The translations under genes and the position numbers were made by a program. A model generated the notes under the pieces. It did no database searches. It worked only from the letters and a program-made list of their open reading frames with translations, and had not been told where the DNA came from. DNA of 47,813 nucleotides from a virus (taxonomy: Duplodnaviria > Caudoviricetes). The stretch lies in the IMG/VR virus record IMGVR_UViG_3300020045_009153, positions 1 to 47,813 of that record. The stretch is one strand, 5' to 3'. Shown here in pieces: positions 1 through 7,206 of the stretch. The first letter of the stretch is position 1; each line of letters starts with the position of its first letter.

Positions 1-35
1 TGAAAAAACGAATTGAGATATGCTACTCAAACTCG

Positions 36-743
36 ATGAAAATAAATAGACAGAATTACGAGCAAGAAGCCCCTTTTTACAGCGCGAAGACGATCATAGA
101 AGCGAACGGTCAAGAGGTGGACGAGATTGCGGAATACACAAGGCTAAGAGGCATTATAGACCCCTTGCTTGAATCTCAGTACCGTGCGGCAAAAAATGAC
201 ATGGCCGGGGTAAGAATCAGGCTAAAGGATGGCAAAAAATACCCTTCGGTCAGCTCAATTTTACACCCTGACAAGTTACAAGTCGATCCCGAATACGGAT
301 TGAGGGGAACGGAGATCCACAGAATAGTGAATCACTTTGTCTCAAATGGCGAGTGGATAAAACCAGAAACCATTTTAAACAAATTGAAATACGACGATAT
401 TAAGTACGAGGAGTTTTTCGCAAAGTTTAAGGATAGAATAGACTTTAAAGATGCTCAACTTAACCTAGAAGTATTTAACAACGATCACATGTACTCAGGT
501 GAGATTGATTGCATCGCAAAAGTAGACAGCATCCCCACTTTGATCGACTTTAAGACAGGCGGCTGGGATTGGACGCAGCTTATCGCGTATTACAAAGCCC
601 ATCCCGATGTTAAAATGATGGCCGTTTTTGACCTCAAAAATTTAGAGCTTGAAACTTTGATTCTGAAAGATGTTAAATGTTCTAAGTATTGGGAGAAATT
701 TTTGGTCAAACGTGGAGTTTTTCAAAGTCGCTACGGCGCATAA
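36..743 (+). CDS. PD-(D/E)XK family phage exonuclease (Cas4/RecB-like)
   Basis: YPSVSSIL...RGTEIH...E...YSGEIDCIA...LIDFKTG motifs typical of phage PD-(D/E)XK exonucleases. Confidence 0.8.
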   Translation: MKINRQNYEQEAPFYSAKTIIEANGQEVDEIAEYTRLRGIIDPLLESQYRAAKNDMAGVRIRLKDGKKYPSVSSILHPDKLQVDPEYGLRGTEIHRIVNHFVSNGEWIKPETILNKLKYDDIKYEEFFAKFKDRIDFKDAQLNLEVFNNDHMYSGEIDCIAKVDSIPTLIDFKTGGWDWTQLIAYYKAHPDVKMMAVFDLKNLELETLILKDVKCSKYWEKFLVKRGVFQSRYGA

Positions 744-752
744 AGGAGATTT

Positions 753-1256
753 ATGTACTCAGACTTTCCGAAACAAGCAAACGCTTACCTGAACGCAAAA
801 AGTTTTCAAGATCAGCTTTTGACACTGACATACAAAGGATGGGATAAGAAAGCCAACGAAGACCGACCAGCAAGAGGCGCGAGGCAAGCCTCAACATGGA
901 AACAGAATCTTAAATATGTGCTCAGGTATTCCTACCCTGAGTACGCTCTTGACGAGGCCGGAGAAAAGCTTTTAGATTCCGAAGGTTTGCCTTTCAAAAA
1001 CAGTAACTATGATCCGTCGCTGCCACAGGGCTATACAGTGGTTTACCATTTCGATGAGGGTACTTTTGAAAGCGGAAGTTTACCCCTATTTAAAGCTTTC
1101 TGCATGGTGAGACCTAAAAACGGAGATACTCTGGTCATCGGTAAAACGGGCAAGGATAAAGAAACAAAATGGTCGGTCAAAAAAGTACAAGGCGGTCAAA
1201 TACATTCCATTCAGACAGATCAAGAAATGCCTGATATTGAGTACGACAACCAATGA
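753..1256 (+). CDS. hypothetical protein, possibly ssDNA-binding/annealing partner
   Basis: Strong SD (AAGGAG); follows the exonuclease; beta-rich with acidic C-terminal tail (DQEMPDIEYDNQ). Function is inference. Confidence 0.45.
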   Translation: MYSDFPKQANAYLNAKSFQDQLLTLTYKGWDKKANEDRPARGARQASTWKQNLKYVLRYSYPEYALDEAGEKLLDSEGLPFKNSNYDPSLPQGYTVVYHFDEGTFESGSLPLFKAFCMVRPKNGDTLVIGKTGKDKETKWSVKKVQGGQIHSIQTDQEMPDIEYDNQ

Positions 1257-1483
1257 CTTACTGGGCAATGATCCAAGAGTGTCTTGAATGTATTGACGAG
1301 ATGAACGACAGTCAAGCGAAGTTCATCCAAGACCTTTTCGATCATTGCTCAGAGTCGGAGGCGCATTTTATCGAAGAAACGACAGAGGAACAAAGAAAAT
1401 GGTTGTACGCACTTCATGATTACTACTGCAACGGAAACTTGGAGGCTTTCGATGACTACGACGACTACGATGACGCAGAATGA
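1253..1483 (+). CDS. small highly acidic protein
   Basis: ATGA-coupled to upstream gene; 76 aa with 22 D/E versus 3 K/R. Confidence 0.6.
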   Translation: MTYWAMIQECLECIDEMNDSQAKFIQDLFDHCSESEAHFIEETTEEQRKWLYALHDYYCNGNLEAFDDYDDYDDAE

Positions 1484-1703
1484 CTTGATACTAGCACACC
1501 TTCAAAGCGGCCAATCCTTGACACCGTTGGACGCTTTGAGGCTCGTAGGTTCGCTCCGGTTAAGCGCAAGGATCAATGATCTGAGAATGAAAGGTTTTAA
1601 CATACAAACCAAGATCGTCAAGCATCAAGGGAAAAGATTTGCCTGTTATTACCTGCCGAAAAAAGTTAATTTAGAGCTTGACTTCTCAGCAAGCGGGGTT
1701 TAA
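1470..1703 (+). CDS. winged helix-turn-helix DNA-binding protein (HTH_39-like)
   Basis: TQNDLILAHL..GQSLTPLDAL...GSLRLSARINDLRMKGFNI pattern; start taken at ATG 1470. Confidence 0.8.
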   Translation: MTQNDLILAHLQSGQSLTPLDALRLVGSLRLSARINDLRMKGFNIQTKIVKHQGKRFACYYLPKKVNLELDFSASGV

Positions 1704-1706
1704 TAT
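1678..1706 (+). promoter_or_regulatory. sigma70-type promoter for the replication operon
   Basis: TTGACT (1678-1683), 17-nt spacer, TAATAT (1701-1706). Confidence 0.65.
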
Positions 1707-1712
1707 TTGCCA

Positions 1713-1850
1713 TGCGAACGAATCAAAAAAAGATAGGGCTTTCCAAAGATGAAAACAAACTCACGTAAAAAAGCCGTTCACGGATTCTGCCAGTCGTTCG
1801 CACCCTCTTTTGGGAAGCCTCTGGCGTGGCTGTGGACGGCCCTTTTTTTT
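1713..1850 (+). ncRNA. structured leader RNA / attenuator with alternative pairings
   Basis: Stem GCCGTTCACGG (1773-1783) / CTGTGGACGGC (1830-1840) followed by T8; loop segments complementary to 1713-1721 and 1737-1748. Confidence 0.6.
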
Positions 1851-1902
1851 GCTCTTTTAGTGTAATGATTTGGATTGTTTTAACGTAAGGATTTCACCAT
1901 AA

Positions 1903-2619
1903 ATGGCTAAAGACCCAGCATTTTTGTTTTACTTCCGCGATTTTTTAGTCTCCACTGATTTAATGACATTTGAGGAAAAGGGCCAGTACATAACCCTGCT
2001 TTGCCACATGGCTGACAAGGGTAGGCTGGCTGACGAGGATATACTTAGCGTCTGCGACGTACGTGCGTTATCACAGCGTTTGCGTAATAAATTTAAGGTT
2101 GACGAAAATGGCCTTTTTTACAACCAAAGGCTTGAAGAAGAAACCAATAAACGAAAATCGTATTGCGAAAGTCGTCGTTTAGCGCGTTCTTTTGGTAACA
2201 AACGTACGTCAAACGTAAGTAAACCATACGTTGAACGTATGGGAAATGCAAATGGAAATATAAATATAAATAAAGATGTTAATAGGAAAGACATTGATTT
2301 AATTATTAACGACCTAAACACCGTTTGCGGCACTTCGTACAAACTTAAGACACCAGAGACTAGGAAGATGATTGCAGCCCTTATCGACGATAGGGGCTTT
2401 ACGGTAGATGATTTTAAAACCGTCCACCGCAAGAAGTTTTCGGAGTGGGGTAACGACCACGAGTGGTCAAAATTCTTACGTCCTTCGACTCTTTATCAAC
2501 CTAAGAAGTTTGAGGGATACCTAAACCAAAGCGACAAAAACACACCTTGTAACGCTAAAAACCTCAAGGTTTCTCAAAGCTGGCTCGAAAAACGGGAGAT
2601 TGAAGATGCAAAGAAATGA
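1903..2619 (+). CDS. phage replication initiator (DUF1376/YdaU-like N-terminus, conserved phage C-terminal domain)
   Basis: KDPAFLFYFRDF...EEKGQYITLLC N-terminus; W..D...KFLRPSTLY..KKFEGYLNQ C-terminus. Confidence 0.85.
   Translation: MAKDPAFLFYFRDFLVSTDLMTFEEKGQYITLLCHMADKGRLADEDILSVCDVRALSQRLRNKFKVDENGLFYNQRLEEETNKRKSYCESRRLARSFGNKRTSNVSKPYVERMGNANGNININKDVNRKDIDLIINDLNTVCGTSYKLKTPETRKMIAALIDDRGFTVDDFKTVHRKKFSEWGNDHEWSKFLRPSTLYQPKKFEGYLNQSDKNTPCNAKNLKVSQSWLEKREIEDAKK
2199..2283. repeat. putative replication origin (iteron-like ACGT repeats plus AT-rich tract)
   Basis: CAAACGTA at 2199 and 2210; perfect inverted repeat CCATACGTT-G-AACGTATGG 2224-2242; AT-rich run follows; lies inside the initiator gene. 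Confidence 0.55.
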
Positions 2620-3160
2620 GTTTCTAGCGGCGATCAACGGTTTAGCTGAAGTTTACAATGAAAATATGTCAGAACTTAAACTCGACTTGTATTTTGAAAC
2701 CCTTAAAGATTACAGCTTTGAGCAGTTTAAATCAGCTATTATAAATATTTTGAAAGTCAGGGTTTACCCATCAATGCCAAAGCCATCGGAAATCATCGAA
2801 TGTATCGGAGGAAAATTGCAAGATCGGGCTGTGTTAGCTTGGGAAACTGCCATCGAAACAGCCCAAAAGTATGACTATTATTTTACAATCAATTTTGAGG
2901 ACTCAATAATTAACGGTGTTATCCGTGCAATGGGTGGTTGGGAGAGCTTTTCCACAATGCCAGCGAAAGAGCATCCTTTTGCTCGTAAGCAATTTATTGA
3001 GCTTTATGAAGCTTACAGCCGAGTTGGTCGAGAATGTCCAGAAAAGCTTATTGGAAACTTTGAGAAAAAAAATCTTGCGCCTGAGAAGATAAAGTTTATA
3101 AAGAGCGACTACGCCAAAAAGAATATGATAAAATTAGAAAACAATCGGGCTTTAAAATGA
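2606..3160 (+). CDS. helicase loader/inhibitor-like replication protein (DUF6475-like)
   Basis: Directly after initiator; P.PSEI, AW..A, F.D.II..VI..MGGW motifs; SD GGGAG before ATG 2606. Confidence 0.65.
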   Translation: MQRNEFLAAINGLAEVYNENMSELKLDLYFETLKDYSFEQFKSAIINILKVRVYPSMPKPSEIIECIGGKLQDRAVLAWETAIETAQKYDYYFTINFEDSIINGVIRAMGGWESFSTMPAKEHPFARKQFIELYEAYSRVGRECPEKLIGNFEKKNLAPEKIKFIKSDYAKKNMIKLENNRALK

Positions 3161-3555
3161 AATTCAGCAAAGATAAGAAAAAACGCGCCATAGAAAAACG
3201 TCTTTGGAATCTAATCATCGAGATTGCTGTCCGACGCTCTAAAAAGTGTGAGTTTGCGGGCTGTAAAAAGGACGGCGCACAGCGCGATCACTGCTTTTCG
3301 TCGATGGTTTCAGCTCTAAGATTTGACCACAGAAACATAACGAATTTATGCGCGGGGCATCACACACAAAAGACCTTCTGCGTTAACGGGGCCGAGAAAG
3401 TTATCGATGCTGTTGTCCGGGAGCGCGAGGGTGAAGCGTGGTGGCGTGAGGCAATGTCAATCTCGCAGTCTAAAGCCCCGTTTAAGTGGACGCTTTTAGG
3501 GCTTGAGATTGAAGAAAAACAGCTTAAGAAAGTTTTAAAGCAGGCTAAGGCATGA
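3157..3555 (+). CDS. NinG-like / HNH-type nuclease
   Basis: CxxxxC...DH...LRFDHRNITNLCxxHH. Confidence 0.65.
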   Translation: MKFSKDKKKRAIEKRLWNLIIEIAVRRSKKCEFAGCKKDGAQRDHCFSSMVSALRFDHRNITNLCAGHHTQKTFCVNGAEKVIDAVVREREGEAWWREAMSISQSKAPFKWTLLGLEIEEKQLKKVLKQAKA

Positions 3556-3575
3556 AGAAATTAAAAGATTATCTA

Positions 3576-3743
3576 GGGCTAGTCGCTTGATGGTTCAAGC
3601 AGAATTAAAGAGTCAGAGCGGTGCAAACTCCGCAATAACCATAAGGCGTGGCTTTTATAGCACTCGGACTGACTACCAGAAATGGTGACTTTGTATAAGC
3701 ATACAAAACAAAAGGCTAGCAGGTAAGAATCCTGTCTAGTCCC
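3576..3743 (+). ncRNA. tRNA-like RNA with expanded central domain
   Basis: Acceptor-like GGGCTAG/CTAGTCC, D-arm GCTT-GATGGTTC-AAGC, T-arm GCAGG-TAAGAAT-CCTGT; ~118-nt multi-hairpin insert in place of the anticodon arm. Confidence 0.6.
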
Positions 3744-3769
3744 TAGAATAACTTTAAGACGGAGGAAGT

Positions 3770-4006
3770 GTGAGAAAGGCGGTAATTTTAATTATGCTAG
3801 CTTTAACATTTTATCTTGAAAGCACTGGTGAAGAATATGGCGGTAGTGTAATTCAAATGGACTATTGGAAATCGCAAGATGGGAAAGTGTGGGTCGGCAG
3901 AAGCGGGAATCCCGACCCTGAAATGGGGCCTAATCCCAAGTATATAAATACTCGATTTGTAACCGGAAGTAACGAAACTTTAATTCCAAAATTGTCAGCC
4001 AAGTAA
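3770..4006 (+). CDS. hypothetical protein with hydrophobic N-terminus
   Basis: GGAGG SD, GTG start, signal-peptide-like N-terminus. Confidence 0.5.
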   Translation: MRKAVILIMLALTFYLESTGEEYGGSVIQMDYWKSQDGKVWVGRSGNPDPEMGPNPKYINTRFVTGSNETLIPKLSAK

Positions 4007-4034
4007 CTTTAAGCGGAGGAAGTGTGAAGGATTT

Positions 4035-4853
4035 ATGGGTAAAACGCTAGATCAATTTCTTTACTACGAGGAGAAAGACCCAGATTTGAGGATTTACTGC
4101 GGGGATTCATTGGAAATATTGCCATTACTGCCTTCTGAATCAATGGACATGGTTTGGACTGACCCACCATACGGTCACAAAAACCACGATGGGGATTTAA
4201 ATTCTCAGCTTAACAAACACCGTGGCATAAAAGATCAGCCGATTGAAAACGACGATGAAGAATCTTTTAAGCGTGTTTTTGACGTGGTTCTAAAAGAAGT
4301 AGCTCGCATTTTAGACAAGGATTGTTGTTGTTGTTGTGGTGGTGGTGGTGGCCCAAAACCTACCTTTGCATGGGTCGCTAACCGCATGGATTCTGATGGT
4401 TTAGAATTTTTTCACTCCGTTATCTGGAACAAGGTCAATCCCGGACTTGGGTGGAGGTTTCGGCGGCAACATGAAATGGTTATGGTTGCTAAAAGGAAAT
4501 CTGGAAAACTCCTCTGGAATGATGATGCTTTCGCGACCGCAAACATAATTTCCATTTATCCCGACAGAGAACGCTTTCACCCGAACGAAAAACCGCTTGG
4601 TTTGCCCTTAAAATTCATTCAATGGCATGGAGGGCAAAATGTCCTTGACCCCTTCCTCGGCTCAGGCACGACTCTGGTGGCTTGCAAGGAACTAAACCGC
4701 TCAGGCATTGGCATAGAAATCAGCGAGAAATACTGCGAGATAGCAAAGAAGAGGTTAAAAGCAACATGCAAAAGTCTTTTCGCTGTAAATGGTGCAGGAA
4801 AGTCTGCAAAAGAAAGCGATTCGCAGAACGCCACGCTGTTCGATGTGGCATAG
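4035..4853 (+). CDS. DNA N6-adenine/N4-cytosine methyltransferase (beta class)
   Basis: TDPPY catalytic motif before HPNEKP and VLDPFLGSGTT SAM-binding motif; GIEISEKYC. Confidence 0.93.
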   Translation: MGKTLDQFLYYEEKDPDLRIYCGDSLEILPLLPSESMDMVWTDPPYGHKNHDGDLNSQLNKHRGIKDQPIENDDEESFKRVFDVVLKEVARILDKDCCCCCGGGGGPKPTFAWVANRMDSDGLEFFHSVIWNKVNPGLGWRFRRQHEMVMVAKRKSGKLLWNDDAFATANIISIYPDRERFHPNEKPLGLPLKFIQWHGGQNVLDPFLGSGTTLVACKELNRSGIGIEISEKYCEIAKKRLKATCKSLFAVNGAGKSAKESDSQNATLFDVA

Positions 4854-4894
4854 GGTTTAAAGTAACTTTAAGCTGAGCGGGAGAGGGGGAAGAG

Positions 4895-5005
4895 ATGAGC
4901 ATAAGGATAGAACCTGATAAATGCTGTGAAGAATGTGCGCCAGAATACATCAATGGTAGGCCGAGTTGTGGTTGTGAATGTCACGCTGAGGGAAGAGAGC
5001 ATTAA
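4895..5005 (+). CDS. 36-aa Cys-rich peptide
   Basis: Read by eye: MSIRIEPDKCCEECAPEYINGRPSCGCECHAEGREH; purine-rich SD upstream. Confidence 0.45.
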   Translation: MSIRIEPDKCCEECAPEYINGRPSCGCECHAEGREH

Positions 5006-5125
5006 ATCTCATGACCAAATGTAAGAGGCAGGTAATAGCAATGAAAAATATAGTTGAATTTGTCCACTGGCTTTTGAATTTAACCGATGAAATGCGGATT
5101 GAACTAGAAAAAAAAGACCGCCCCG

Positions 5126-5311
5126 ATGACAGAAAAGATAGACGAATCTAAGAAGGGTCTAGGCAGACCGAACACAGTACCGACGCACTGCCCTGTTTGT
5201 CTTGAAAGAATGTCCGATAAGGGATGGATGATTTACGGTTACACGATTTACTGTTACTCGTGCAGAAACCAATTTGTATCGGAGAATTTAATCAATGAAA
5301 AACAAAATTAA
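5126..5311 (+). CDS. small zinc-ribbon protein
   Basis: CPVC...CYSC. Confidence 0.5.
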   Translation: MTEKIDESKKGLGRPNTVPTHCPVCLERMSDKGWMIYGYTIYCYSCRNQFVSENLINEKQN

Positions 5312-5322
5312 GGAGAAAAGAA

Positions 5323-5670
5323 ATGTCAAAGACAATCGAAGTCAGTGAAGAGACATGGGCCAAGATAAAAGATCAGGTTGAAAAGGATTCTGGGTTTAAA
5401 GAAATCAATAAGTTTGAGGAACTTGTCGGTGAGAAAGTTTTTATCAGGACGGTGACTTATCATCTAACTGGTAAAGTCAAAAAGATCATTGGTGATTTTA
5501 TGGAGCTTGAGGACGCCGCTTGGATTGCTGATTCAGGAAGATTTATGCAGTGTATCAAAGATGGAGTTCTAAACGAAGTTGAGCCGATCAAGACAAAATG
5601 GTTTGTGGGGATTCCAACGATAACAGACTTTGGAATTTGGAAACATAAATTGCCAGTCGATCAGAAATAA
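5323..5670 (+). CDS. conserved phage hypothetical protein
   Basis: AAGGAG SD; GEKVFIRTVTYHLTG...LEDAAWIADSGRF small beta-barrel-like sequence. Confidence 0.7.
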   Translation: MSKTIEVSEETWAKIKDQVEKDSGFKEINKFEELVGEKVFIRTVTYHLTGKVKKIIGDFMELEDAAWIADSGRFMQCIKDGVLNEVEPIKTKWFVGIPTITDFGIWKHKLPVDQK

Positions 5671-5679
5671 GGTGATTGC

Positions 5680-5877
5680 ATGATTGCAAACATTGTCGGA
5701 ACTTACGGTTGGTGGTCTAGGTCTTGGTCTTGGTCTTGGTCTGGGTCTGGGTCTGGGTCTAGGTCTTGGTCTGGGTCTGGGTCTGGGTCTAGGTCTTGGT
5801 CTTGGTCTGGGTCTGGGTCTAGGTCTTGGTCTTGGTCTGGGTCTAGGTCTGGGTCTAGGTCTTGGTCTGGGTCTTAA
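5680..5877 (+). CDS. (W/G/R)-Ser dipeptide repeat protein
   Basis: ATG with AAGGTG SD; 11-aa leader then 27 XS repeats and stop. Confidence 0.55.
   Translation: MIANIVGTYGWWSRSWSWSWSGSGSGSRSWSGSGSGSRSWSWSGSGSRSWSWSGSRSGSRSWSGS
5713..5874 (+). repeat. tandem hexamer repeat (T/G/A)GGTCT x27
   Basis: Directly visible; only the first base of each unit varies. Confidence 0.97.
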
Positions 5878-5904
5878 ATAACTTTATAGCGGAGAATTTA
5901 ATCA

Positions 5905-6105
5905 ATGACAAAACGGGGAGTTAAAAAAATGCAAACAGAAATCGAGAAAGTGATAGAAATCGAGAAAGTGATAGATTCAATCGTAGAAAAAAGATGGCAA
6001 GAGCTAGACGGAAGTGCTTGTGACGCAAAGACATTGAAATTAGCGGTGCTTGACGGCTACAAGGCAGGGATGGAAGCCACAAGGAAAGTATTCCGTGAAG
6101 ACTAA
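5905..6105 (+). CDS. hypothetical protein
   Basis: GGAG SD; internal 18-nt tandem duplication (IEKVIE/IEKVID); start may be the ATG at 5929. Confidence 0.55.
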   Translation: MTKRGVKKMQTEIEKVIEIEKVIDSIVEKRWQELDGSACDAKTLKLAVLDGYKAGMEATRKVFRED

Positions 6106-6250
6106 AGAGCAATATCGAATCGAGCATATCCGTCAGATGGCCGAAGCCGCGCTACCGCATTACAAAATTGAGACTTTGCAAGGTCAGATGTTAAACGAGA
6201 TACTTTTTTTATTGGATTACATTGATGAGATTGAAAATGCGCGGAGATAG
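6095..6250 (+). CDS. hypothetical protein
   Basis: GTG start overlapping the previous gene; fills the gap before the Mom-like gene. Confidence 0.45.
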   Translation: MKTKEQYRIEHIRQMAEAALPHYKIETLQGQMLNEILFLLDYIDEIENARR

Positions 6251-6848
6251 TTTAATGCAAAACGAACTCTTCCAAGAGTTAAATGGCGGTGCAAGGCCGA
6301 CCTCTCCGCTCCAATTTTTAATCAGAGAAGTAAACCATACAACTGCGACTAATTTTTATAAAAAATGGCACTATTTGGGGGAGATAGATTTTATAGCATC
6401 GGTTAATTATGGAGCTTACTTTTTAAATAATATTTATGGCGTGATCTCTTACGGATGTCCAAACGCAAAGAAAATGCGTGGGCTTTATGACGAAAAAACC
6501 CAATGCGGTTGGTGGGAAATAAAACGACTCGCTATGGATGATAACGCTCCAAGAAATTCTGAAAGTAGGTTTATACGAGTGTCGCTTAAAATTTTAAGAA
6601 AGTTTTTCATTGTACGAGGCTTGTTGACATTAGCCGATGATGGCGTTGGACATGTCGGCACAATTTATAAAGCAAGTGGTTTTGAATATAAAGGATTGTC
6701 TGAAATTAAGTCTGACTATGTTTTAAACGGTAAAAAAATACAACGCGGCAAAGTTGTTGGGCTTGGCGGTGAATGGATTCCTAGAAGCAGGAAACATGTT
6801 TTCTTTTTAAAGTTTGAAAATGCTAAAAATAGCATAAGAGTAGGATAA
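6237..6848 (+). CDS. Mom-like adenine-modifying GNAT protein
   Basis: GG.RPTSPL, WHYLG, GVISYG, EIKRL...PRNSESRFI, ADDGVGHVGTIYKASGFEY.G motifs of the Mu Mom-like family; start uncertain (6222-6255). Confidence 0.75.
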   Translation: MRGDSLMQNELFQELNGGARPTSPLQFLIREVNHTTATNFYKKWHYLGEIDFIASVNYGAYFLNNIYGVISYGCPNAKKMRGLYDEKTQCGWWEIKRLAMDDNAPRNSESRFIRVSLKILRKFFIVRGLLTLADDGVGHVGTIYKASGFEYKGLSEIKSDYVLNGKKIQRGKVVGLGGEWIPRSRKHVFFLKFENAKNSIRVG

Positions 6849-6864
6849 AAAAAGGAGAAATAAA

Positions 6865-7200
6865 ATGAACGCAATAAAAAAATGCACGATTCAGAATTGG
6901 ACTGATCCTGATCTAAATCCAACTGGTGGAACTGTTGAGGGCATCGGCCTTAAAATCGAATGGCAAAACGGGCCGCTTGGCCGTGACGGAGAACGGAAAG
7001 AACCCAATGGCGCGTTTGTGGAAACTGTCATTTCAGCCGCGTTGCAGAGGATTGAATTTTACCAAAACGGCGGCGGTGGAAAATTCAAGAGCCGTGAAAA
7101 CGCAATCGCAATCACGAAGCTTGAAGAAGCTCTACTTTGGCTTGATAAGCGCACCCGTGATCGGGAAGCTAGGCAGGTCGAAGGAACGCACAAGATTTAA
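6865..7200 (+). CDS. Tad1/Acb2-family anti-defence nucleotide sponge
   Basis: IEWQNGP...NG...RIEFYQ..GKFKSRENAIAITKLEEALLWLDKRTRDREARQVEGT parallels the Tad1 pattern FQ.GPFSSRENACALTH.EEALMW...R..DR..R.V.GT. Confidence 0.8.
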   Translation: MNAIKKCTIQNWTDPDLNPTGGTVEGIGLKIEWQNGPLGRDGERKEPNGAFVETVISAALQRIEFYQNGGGGKFKSRENAIAITKLEEALLWLDKRTRDREARQVEGTHKI

Positions 7201-7206
7201 AGTTAT

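Noticed and set aside
1749-1865. 38-aa hydrophobic ORF across the leader hairpin
   Set aside because: No convincing SD and its composition is explained by the hairpin and T-tract; not excluded, but not supportable.
3576-3743. tmRNA or canonical tRNA
   Set aside because: Has a D-stem, is only 168 nt, and the GCA-AAC frame does not end in an ssrA-like tag; no anticodon stem-loop for a normal tRNA.
5713-5874. CRISPR array
   Set aside because: 6-nt tandem units with no unique spacers; no cas operon. The Cas4-like gene at 36 fits an ordinary phage exonuclease.
5684-5881. Poly-(Gly-Leu) ORF
   Set aside because: Alternate frame of the hexamer repeat with a TTG start; the 5680 frame has an ATG and suitably spaced SD.
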